From a virus (Duplodnaviria > Caudoviricetes): 42,134 nt of DNA. A program made the translations under genes and the position numbers. The stretch lies in the IMG/VR virus record IMGVR_UViG_3300048894_000068, positions 1-42,134 of that record, one strand, 5' to 3'. Below the pieces are notes generated by a model. It worked only from the letters and a program-made list of their open reading frames with translations. It was not told the origin of the DNA and did not search any database. The first letter of the stretch is position 1. Each line of letters begins with the position of its first letter. Below, piece by piece: positions 1 through 6,877 of the stretch.

Positions 1-127
1 CCCGGCGTCTGGCTGCTGCGCTCCACCCGCCTGCACCAGCGCCAACGCTACCTCACCGTCTACGGCACCCAGGCCGACGCCGAGGCCGCCGCGGCGGTCT
101 GGCGCGACGAGCTCGAGGCGCACGGCG
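1..127. repeat. Terminal direct repeat, copy 1 (circular assembly overlap)
   Basis: 1-127 is identical to 42008-42134; 127 is a common assembler k-mer length and the repeat lies inside the integrase ORF. Confidence 0.95.
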
Positions 128-1149
128 CCCCCGCCATCGACCGCTCGGCCAGCCTGGTCAGCGTGATCCGCGGCCAGCTCGCACTCGCCAACCTCGCCCC
201 CGGCACGGTCGAGTACTACGACCGCATCATCCGCCTCTACATCGACCCGGCCCCGCCGGTCAGCGCCGAGGATCGCGCCGCCTGGGGCGGCGCCGACTAC
301 GCGTTCAACGTCGGGCGCAAGCCGATCGGCCGCATCACCGCCCAGGACGGCGCCGATCTGCAGCACCACCTCGTCGAGCGGTTCGCCGGCACCGCCCATG
401 GCGGCGCCCGCTCGATCAGCGAGGCGATGCGACTCTGCATCAAGGCGCTCGACTACGCCGTCACGCTGCGCACGCTCAAGGTGAACCCCTGGAAGGGGCT
501 GCAGCGGGTCACGCCGCGCCCGGCGCATATCCGCGCGCCCAGCGGGCAGGCCGAGCTGACCACGGTGCAGCACGCCGCCGACGGCCGCACCGGGCTGCTG
601 CTGCGCCTGGCCCTCGCCTCGGGCGCGCGCCGCGGCGAGCTGCTGGCGCTGACCTGGGCGCGCGTCGACCTCGACGCCGGCACCATCGACATCGCCGGCA
701 CGCTCTACGAGCACAATGGCGAGTTCACCGTGCGTGAGCCAAAGAGCCGCGCCGGCCGCCGCGTGGTCACCCTGCCGGCGGCGATGCTCGCCGAGCTGCG
801 CACTGTCCGCGCCGTCGCCGCCGAGCAGGCGCTGGCGTTCGGCCGCCGCCTGGCCGACATGCCGGTGCTGGCCGGCGACAGCGGCGGCTGGTGGTCACCC
901 GCCACCGCCAGCCAGTCGGCGCGGCGCGCGCTGCATCTGAAAGGCCTGCCGACCAGCCTGCATGCGCTGCGCCACAGCCACGCGTCGGTGCTGCTGGGCG
1001 AGCGGATCTCACCCGAGGCGGTGCGCCGCCGGCTCGGCCATGGCGCGGTGCAGACCACCCTGAAATTCTACGCTCACGCACTTGTGACAGATGAAGGCAA
1101 CGCCGCCGCCGCGATCGGCGAGGCGATGCGGATCGGAGCCAAGCCATGA
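1..1149 (+). CDS. int: Tyrosine recombinase / phage integrase, 3' part (true start at 41975; about 393 aa in total)
   Basis: Motifs ASGARRGELLAL (Arg), HALRH (HxxR) and LGH...TTLKFY (His, Tyr); frame is open from ATG 41975 through the join. Confidence 0.95.
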   Translation, partial: PGVWLLRSTRLHQRQRYLTVYGTQADAEAAAAVWRDELEAHGAPAIDRSASLVSVIRGQLALANLAPGTVEYYDRIIRLYIDPAPPVSAEDRAAWGGADYAFNVGRKPIGRITAQDGADLQHHLVERFAGTAHGGARSISEAMRLCIKALDYAVTLRTLKVNPWKGLQRVTPRPAHIRAPSGQAELTTVQHAADGRTGLLLRLALASGARRGELLALTWARVDLDAGTIDIAGTLYEHNGEFTVREPKSRAGRRVVTLPAAMLAELRTVRAVAAEQALAFGRRLADMPVLAGDSGGWWSPATASQSARRALHLKGLPTSLHALRHSHASVLLGERISPEAVRRRLGHGAVQTTLKFYAHALVTDEGNAAAAIGEAMRIGAKP

Positions 1150-1283
1150 TTCAGATTATTCTCGGCGCCCTGGCGCTGCTGTTCTTCGCCATCGCCTGCG
1201 ACATGAACTCGGACCATGACGGCAGCCGCGCCGGCCCGGTCGTGTTCGGGCTACTGCTGCTCACCGGAGCGGTGTTTCTGTAA
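1146..1283 (+). CDS. 45-aa two-helix membrane microprotein (MIQIILGALALLFFAIAC...VVFGLLLLTGAVFL)
   Basis: ATGA overlap with the int stop; two hydrophobic stretches; below the ORF-track cutoff. Confidence 0.6.
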   Translation: MIQIILGALALLFFAIACDMNSDHDGSRAGPVVFGLLLLTGAVFL

Positions 1284-1290
1284 CTGTTGC

Positions 1291-1394
1291 CCCGACGCCA
1301 CGTCCCGACGCTTTTTGCCGGCGTCGGGGCACCAGGGGTTGCCCCGACGCGGCGGGACACTGTCACGTAGGCGCCCCTACGGAGCGTCCCGACG
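1291..1394. repeat. Five CCCGACG heptamers (four direct, one inverted); candidate operator array
   Basis: Copies at 1291, 1304, 1322 (inverted), 1343 and 1388; the last abuts ATG 1395. Confidence 0.6.
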
Positions 1395-1859
1395 ATGGCA
1401 AGAACCTGGGAAGTCAGAAGCATGGACGAGGCCGACACGGCCGAAGCCGTGAAGGCCGCCCGCCGTGCCGATCAGACCGTCGCTGAATGGCTGACCCTGG
1501 CGATCCGCGAGAAGATCGCCCGCGAGCACGCCGGCCCCGGCGAGATTGTCAGCGACCCGACGCCGGACCGCGGCGCCGACGCCGAGCTCGAGCGGTGCCT
1601 GGCCTGGGCCAAGCTGCTGCCGACCATGTCTGAGGCAGGCTCGAGCCCGCCGCAATGGCTGACCGCGGCGATGTACCGCAAGCTGGCCTCGGCCATCGGC
1701 GTGGCGCCACCGGCGCCGCGGCAACGCTCATCGACCCCCAGGACGCAGCCGTTCAAGCGCCTCACGCAGCCGCCGCGCACCGTCGGGAGTGAGCCCGCCA
1801 TAGTCCCCGGTGGCGAGGAATTGCACCACGCCGTTGAGCTCACCGACATCGGCGACTGA
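1395..1859 (+). CDS. Putative ribbon-helix-helix DNA-binding protein
   Basis: N-terminus TWEVRSMD...AVKAARRADQTVAEWLTLAIREK fits a beta-alpha-alpha RHH pattern; GGAG upstream. Confidence 0.6.
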   Translation: MARTWEVRSMDEADTAEAVKAARRADQTVAEWLTLAIREKIAREHAGPGEIVSDPTPDRGADAELERCLAWAKLLPTMSEAGSSPPQWLTAAMYRKLASAIGVAPPAPRQRSSTPRTQPFKRLTQPPRTVGSEPAIVPGGEELHHAVELTDIGD

Positions 1860-2150
1860 CAGCAACGCCGCCAGCCGCTGGCTGAACGTCTCCATCATGC
1901 GATCCATACCACCGGGCGGCGGAATCGGCGCGCCGAGCGGCTGATAGAGCGCCGACTCAGGGCAGTCGAGCACCCGCGCCAGGATGCTGCGGTTGTACGA
2001 GGTCAGGCCGGTGCGGCCGATAATGATGCGGTTGGCCATCTGCAACTGCCAGCCGGAAAGCCGCGCGAAATCCGCCTGCGTTAGTCCGCGGGCGCGTAGG
2101 ATCTCTTCCACCCGCGTGCGCGGATGGCGGGGGAGTAGGGCCATAACCAT
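1728..2150 (-). CDS. XRE-family HTH regulator
   Basis: ILRARGLTQADFARLSGW...ANRIIIG...ILARVLDC is a Cro/CI-type HTH pattern. Confidence 0.8.
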   Translation of the reverse strand: MVMALLPRHPRTRVEEILRARGLTQADFARLSGWQLQMANRIIIGRTGLTSYNRSILARVLDCPESALYQPLGAPIPPPGGMDRMMETFSQRLAALLSVADVGELNGVVQFLATGDYGGLTPDGARRLREALERLRPGGR

Positions 2151-2500
2151 CGCCGGTAGCGCACGCTACCGCGCCGCTGAAATCAACGACGGCAATCGAT
2201 TGATTAGGTTCACAATCACCACTTGCTAGCCGGCGATTCGCAGGCGTAGCGTGAACATTCCGTAACTGAAGGCATGAGCATGCCCCAATAGGAAACGCCG
2301 GCTCCACCTCCCGACGAGGTAGGCCGGCGCGCCCGAAGCCAAGACAAGTCAAACCGTGGTGGAAGAATTTGCAGACCCACCATCGGACATTGCGGGCCGT
2401 TTCGCAACCCCTCTCGAAGGGGCTGGGAGCACTTTGTCGTTTTGTCTTGGGCGCGCCGCAACAGACCGGGAGAGGGATCCGGGTTTCCGAAAGGAGACCA

Positions 2501-2986
2501 ATGCTACAAATCGGGCCTCTCGACCTACCGCCCGCATGGTGGACCGATTGGAATCACCGCATCGAGGATGAACGCTGCGGCGGCTGGCTGCCGGCGCTGC
2601 ATGCCTACGTCGCGAAGGCCATCGCCCGCCTCTGCCTCGCCGGCAACGACCAGCCCACCGTGGCGCAGATCGCCGCCGAGGCGGGCTGCCACCAGCGCAC
2701 CGTTCGCCGGGCCCGCGCCAAAATGCGCGAGCGCGGGCTGCTGGAAACCGATCCGACCTTCCCGATCATCGACAGCCGCCCGCAGCAGCGCGCCAGCGTG
2801 AACCGATTATTGCTGCCGGACGGGCCGGTGACGCCGAAACCCCGGCTGGTGCGGGGCGGACAGGCTGGCCGCCCAAGCTCAGATAAGGAAGTAAGAAAGC
2901 CGGCTCACGAACAAGAAATCCGGTTTGTGGAGACGCTGGCGGCCATCGCCAGGCGTCGGATGGTGGCGCTCGGCTTGGCCCGATAG
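2501..2986 (+). CDS. Winged-HTH DNA-binding protein (replication-initiator-like N-terminus)
   Basis: AAGGAG RBS at 2491; PTVAQIAAEAGCHQRTVRRARAKMRERGLL HTH motif. Confidence 0.7.
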   Translation: MLQIGPLDLPPAWWTDWNHRIEDERCGGWLPALHAYVAKAIARLCLAGNDQPTVAQIAAEAGCHQRTVRRARAKMRERGLLETDPTFPIIDSRPQQRASVNRLLLPDGPVTPKPRLVRGGQAGRPSSDKEVRKPAHEQEIRFVETLAAIARRRMVALGLAR

Positions 2987-3062
2987 CCGCCCGGCGGCTC
3001 AACCCCACCGAATCGACCCGGTACGGTAGCCCCGCCGGAAGGCGGCTGGGAAACCGCTGCCA

Positions 3063-3365
3063 TTAAGGCAGCCTCTCGGGATGCAACGCGATTAGCTTTG
3101 CTGCCAGCTCCCCGTCCACGCCTCGCAGCGACCCTGTGAGGATGTAATCAGTACTTACCCGCAGCCGATGGGCGAGATCGACCACGACATAGATTGACGG
3201 CGGACGGCGACCGCTCTCCATGTCGCGCAGGATCGCGCGGTCAACGCCCATCGTGCGTGCGAATGCGCTGCGGTTAGGCTCGACAAGCTCGCGCACCCAT
3301 TGGATGCGCGCGCCGATTTCCTGCGCACGACTGCGGTATGACAGTGGTCGGGCATTTTTGGACAC
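3063..3365 (-). CDS. XRE-family HTH regulator, candidate repressor (no S24 peptidase domain)
   Basis: IGARIQWVRE...AFARTMGV...DMESGRRPP...LRVSTDYILTG. Confidence 0.85.
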   Translation of the reverse strand: MSKNARPLSYRSRAQEIGARIQWVRELVEPNRSAFARTMGVDRAILRDMESGRRPPSIYVVVDLAHRLRVSTDYILTGSLRGVDGELAAKLIALHPERLP

Positions 3366-3449
3366 CCTCTCAGTATGGGGTAAATTTCCCCGAGTCCTAG
3401 CGCCACGGTTAGGATTAAGGCAGCCCCGACAAAGGCGTGGTAAGCAGAT

Positions 3450-3478
3450 TGCTCAAAACTGCGCAGGGGTTTTGAGCA
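3450..3478. promoter_or_regulatory. 10-bp inverted repeat TGCTCAAAAC-N9-GTTTTGAGCA; operator or terminator upstream of the XRE gene
   Basis: Perfect inverted repeat in an AT-richer intergenic region. Confidence 0.45.
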
Positions 3479-3494
3479 GTTCTGATCGCGTCCG

Positions 3495-3719
3495 CTAATG
3501 TCCGTTTGCGGACGCATTCAGGGCTTCATATTTGGCGAGGCGCCGCCGGCATATCCCAAGGCTATGCTCGCAGGCGATCAGTTGGCTGGCCAGGAACCCT
3601 ACCGTCTCATCCGCAGCCAGAGCGGCGATCAGTCGATCAGCCACCTTTCGGAACTGAGCCTCACACATCCTCACTGCCGAGCGATTTAGCTCAAGATCGC
3701 GATGGAGCTTCGAGGCCAT
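3495..3719 (-). CDS. Hypothetical helical protein, 74 aa (MASKLHRDLELN...)
   Basis: GAGGAG RBS before ATG 3719; internal start of track ORF 3495..3812. Confidence 0.55.
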   Translation of the reverse strand: MASKLHRDLELNRSAVRMCEAQFRKVADRLIAALAADETVGFLASQLIACEHSLGICRRRLAKYEALNASANGH

Positions 3720-3832
3720 CGGGCTACTCCTCGTAGATCCTCCCCATATTGATGGGCAGCGAGAGGATCGCCTTCGGGTCCGCCGTGAAGGACATCCGCT
3801 TACGTCCCACAAGGTTGGTTATCAAAGGTAGG

Positions 3833-3988
3833 CTAGTCACCAAAGTCCACCATGAAGGTGCCGCACGCTGGGCAGCACCGTCCGTCCTTGGCCATCCCTT
3901 GGTAGGTTGAATGGGTGCAGGTCTTGCGCGCCTCGCGGAGCCTTTCGGCCTCGCGTTTCAGGGCCGCCTGCCATTCCGCCTCAGCCAT
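3833..3988 (-). CDS. 51-aa Cys-rich microprotein (KTCTH...RCCPACG), probable Zn ribbon
   Basis: Hand-translated; GAGGA RBS; CxH plus CxxC. Confidence 0.6.
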   Translation of the reverse strand: MAEAEWQAALKREAERLREARKTCTHSTYQGMAKDGRCCPACGTFMVDFGD

Positions 3989-4001
3989 CGGGCTATCCTC
4001 G

Positions 4002-4157
4002 TTAACTGTGCTTGTCGATGGTAAGCCGGCTCTCGTGCCAGCCGGATACCTTGCCGCAGATCACGCACTGCGCGCCGATCCATAGCGTCTCTCCGCGCCA
4101 CTCGCTGACCACGACGATAGGCTGCCAGCGCAGCCAGTGACGGAGCCAGTGGAGCAT
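4002..4157 (-). CDS. 51-aa microprotein (MLHWLRHWLRWQP...AQCVICGK), probable Zn-binding
   Basis: Hand-translated; CxxC; tiles with its neighbours without overlap. Confidence 0.55.
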   Translation of the reverse strand: MLHWLRHWLRWQPIVVVSEWRGETLWIGAQCVICGKVSGWHESRLTIDKHS

Positions 4158-4181
4158 CGGCCACCCCTGCAAACGAGGGTT

Positions 4182-4520
4182 TCAGGGCACTTTGTCGGTT
4201 TGTAAATCCGCGCCTGCCTGCTTGCGCTTTACGGCTTCACGCCAAGCTGCGATCTGTGCGTCGTCAGCCATTGGCAAAAACAACGTCTCAAGCGCGTCGC
4301 GCACCTTGGACTTCAGCATGTCCCATCCGGCCACAACGCCCTCGCCGTAGCCGTCGATCTTGCCTTGGCGCCGCGCAGCTTCGATCTGCGTGCGCAGATC
4401 GCGGATGGTTTCGACAGCCTGTGGCATACTTTCGTGGCACCGCCAGCACCTCCCGCAAGCGGTTCCGAGTGACCACGATCCCTTACAAAGACTGTCACTA
4501 CGCAACGATTTCAGGTCCAT
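4182..4520 (-). CDS. Hypothetical protein with CKGSW...CGRCWRC Cys cluster and coiled coil
   Basis: GGAG RBS before ATG 4520; four Cys clustered at the N-terminus. Confidence 0.65.
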   Translation of the reverse strand: MDLKSLRSDSLCKGSWSLGTACGRCWRCHESMPQAVETIRDLRTQIEAARRQGKIDGYGEGVVAGWDMLKSKVRDALETLFLPMADDAQIAAWREAVKRKQAGADLQTDKVP

Positions 4521-4582
4521 CGGCCACTCCATCAAACGTCCGGTTGCGCCCGTCCGCCAAGCCGCAGGCCGGATTGCCGGCG

Positions 4583-4837
4583 TCAATCCTCGTGGTTCGC
4601 CGCCCAGTGCGGCGGCTGCGGCCGCGGCGTGACCGCGCTCGGATCACGGAAGCACTCCGGCACCTCGGCCTCGTGCTCATAGGTCCAGGGATCCGGCATG
4701 TCGGCGCCCCAGGTGCCGAGCAGATAGGCGTTGCGCGACAACGGGACGCCCTTGTCGATCATGCTCCGCAGCTGCGGGTCGCTGTCGGCGTAGCGCTCGG
4801 CCACCTCGCGCGGGATGATCGTCTCGCCGTCGGTCAT
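4583..4837 (-). CDS. 84-aa acidic protein; candidate partner/immunity of the upstream glycosylase-like protein
   Basis: ATGA coupling to the stop at 4834; DPQLRSMIDKGVPLSRNAYL...W...EAEVP. Confidence 0.7.
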   Translation of the reverse strand: MTDGETIIPREVAERYADSDPQLRSMIDKGVPLSRNAYLLGTWGADMPDPWTYEHEAEVPECFRDPSAVTPRPQPPHWAANHED

Positions 4838-6672
4838 TGTGTCGGTGCTCCTGGCGGCGGCGTCCACCACGATGGTGGGTTAATGCCGCCCGCATGGTCC
4901 AGAACCGCCCGTCGCGCCTCGTCGGCGCTCATCCGACCGTTCCGGAATGCCTGCCATATATCACCGTTCTCCTGATAAAACGAGGCATCTCTTTTCTGCG
5001 CTGGCGAAAACAACCCGCGCACCGCCTCCCAGGCGATCGACTGCATCTGCCGCGGCAGCAGGCCGCGCTGCTCGGCCGCCTGGCGGTAGGCCTCATGGTA
5101 GATGCCATAGGCGCCCTTGCTGCCGGTGGCATTGCTCGAGGAACCACCGGGGCCGAGGCCGACGCTGACCACCGGATCGCTGCCCCCGAGCGGGCGCAGA
5201 TGCGCCGCCGCGATGGCGTGCGTGTCGATCGTCGTGTCGCCGTGCAGCGAATTCGGCGCGATGATATTGTTATAAAAGCTGCGCACCTTGTGATTGTCGC
5301 CGAGATTGCGTGAGATCGTCGCGAGGTCCGGCGCCTCGAGCGCCGCCAGCGCCTTCTTGATCTCGGTGAACGAGCCCCAGCCGATCTTACGCGGCGTCAC
5401 CCCGTCGTCGTTGGTCATCAGGTCGCCGAACCCACCCTCGGGCGTGATCACGGGATATTCCCGCGGGTTGTGCGCCTCGTCATAGGCGCGCACGAACAGC
5501 GCGCGGGTGTCGGGATCGTTGATCTCTCCCAATGTCTGGCCGCGGCGCAGGCTGGCCAGCGACATCTGCAGCTGGTCCGCCGCCGCCCGCTGGGTCGGCG
5601 TGTCGGTCGCGAGGTTGGCGACATAGTTGCTGGCCCAGCTGTTCATCTCGGGGGTTAACCCCTGGCCCTGCTTGGTGCGGATGATATCGATCAGCCGCCG
5701 GCCGAGCTCGCCGTTCTGGTACCAGTCCTTCTGCGGCGACAGGTTTGCCAGCGCCCCGGCGACATTCTCCGGCCGGTAGCCATACCTGTCGGCCAGCCCG
5801 TGCGCGATCGAGTTCGCCCCGTCATACCAGTTGCCCGCGCGCGCCGTCGTGGCGGGCCCGAATGTGTCGAGAAACTGGTCGTGCAGATGCAGCAGGTTGT
5901 CGCGCATATGCGCCACCGCCGCATCGGTGATGCTGTCGGGATTGCGCAGCCCCTTAACCGGCAGATCAGGATAGTCGGCGCCGCGCAGGGTGATCGCGTT
6001 CTTGCCATAGGCGTCACCTGAGTCCCGCGCCGCGTCGATGCCGATCTTCAGGTCCATGTTGGTGTAGGGGTCGGGCAGCGGCTCACCGCCCCGGGGCTTC
6101 GCGGTCGGGATGCGGGTCGGCACGCGCGACAGATCGCCGGGCGCCAGGTCGATCGGCGGCCGCAACCCGGGCGTCGCCTCGAACGCCTCGGGCGGCCGCC
6201 GCCCGAACGCCGAGAGCACCCCTTCCTGCGGCCGCTCGAGCAGCTCGGGGGCCGCCAGCGCCGCCAGCGCCATCGTGGCCGCCGGCGTCACGTCGCCGGT
6301 GCGCGGGCCCTGTGACAGGTCGTAGCCGCCCTGCAGGAGGTCGCGCAGCCCCTGCGGCAGCGCCACGCGCAGGTCACCGGTCTTGGTGTCCCGCGCGATC
6401 GGCAGCACGCTGCCGTATTCGGTATTCGGCGCCGGCGCCAGCGCGTCCGACAGCGCATCCGGCGGCAGCGTCGGCGCGACGGGCCGGTCCCAGCCGCGAT
6501 AGTCGACGAACCGCTCGGTGCCGACCGGATTGGAGGTCGGCCAGATCGGATCCGCCTGGCTGGCGCCAGGGTCAAGCAGGCCCCGCGCCTGGCTGCTGTC
6601 GGGAACCAGGCTGGGATCGAGTTGCCCAACCTCGCCGAGCAGCCCCGCCTCGAGGTCAGCGAGGCTCGGCAT
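4834..6672 (-). CDS. Probable injected protein with C-terminal HhH-GPD/EndoIII-like DNA glycosylase domain
   Basis: WYDGAN...LSPQKDWYQN...GDNHKVRSFY...TIDTH...YRQAAEQRG..PRQMQSIAW; low-complexity N-terminus; last large gene of the ejection operon. Confidence 0.65.
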   Translation of the reverse strand: MPSLADLEAGLLGEVGQLDPSLVPDSSQARGLLDPGASQADPIWPTSNPVGTERFVDYRGWDRPVAPTLPPDALSDALAPAPNTEYGSVLPIARDTKTGDLRVALPQGLRDLLQGGYDLSQGPRTGDVTPAATMALAALAAPELLERPQEGVLSAFGRRPPEAFEATPGLRPPIDLAPGDLSRVPTRIPTAKPRGGEPLPDPYTNMDLKIGIDAARDSGDAYGKNAITLRGADYPDLPVKGLRNPDSITDAAVAHMRDNLLHLHDQFLDTFGPATTARAGNWYDGANSIAHGLADRYGYRPENVAGALANLSPQKDWYQNGELGRRLIDIIRTKQGQGLTPEMNSWASNYVANLATDTPTQRAAADQLQMSLASLRRGQTLGEINDPDTRALFVRAYDEAHNPREYPVITPEGGFGDLMTNDDGVTPRKIGWGSFTEIKKALAALEAPDLATISRNLGDNHKVRSFYNNIIAPNSLHGDTTIDTHAIAAAHLRPLGGSDPVVSVGLGPGGSSSNATGSKGAYGIYHEAYRQAAEQRGLLPRQMQSIAWEAVRGLFSPAQKRDASFYQENGDIWQAFRNGRMSADEARRAVLDHAGGINPPSWWTPPPGAPTQ

Positions 6673-6877
6673 TCAGGCAGCGATCGATGATCTTGGTCAG
6701 CAACACGTTACGCGTTTCGGCGTTATGGTCGAACACCCAGGCGATCACGCCGATAAACAGAATATTAACCAGCAGCAGGGCGATGAACGCCGGCGGCAGC
6801 ACGCGCAATAGCTTCTCGCTGACGCTGACCAGCAGGCTGCTGTTCGGCGTATGCCCATTGCCTTCAGCGGCGGCCAC
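6656..6877 (-). CDS. Small single-pass membrane protein (holin-like candidate)
   Basis: Hydrophobic LPPAFIALLLVNILFIGVIAWVF; the GTG start at 6877 is uncertain (6910 is an alternative). Confidence 0.6.
   Translation of the reverse strand: MAAAEGNGHTPNSSLLVSVSEKLLRVLPPAFIALLLVNILFIGVIAWVFDHNAETRNVLLTKIIDRCLNAEPR

Noticed and set aside
1-127. Terminal repeat as a biological direct terminal repeat
   Set aside because: It falls inside the integrase ORF and its length matches a common assembler k-mer; best read as a circularisation overlap
3958-4164. Track ORF of 68 aa (MADAPLAPS...)
   Set aside because: Two alternative-frame 51-aa ORFs with RBS motifs and CxxC tile the region better
6646-6672. 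MPSLADLEA resembles the adaptor start MASLADLQA (22715)
   Set aside because: Only nine residues of common helix-start pattern; not distinguishable from chance
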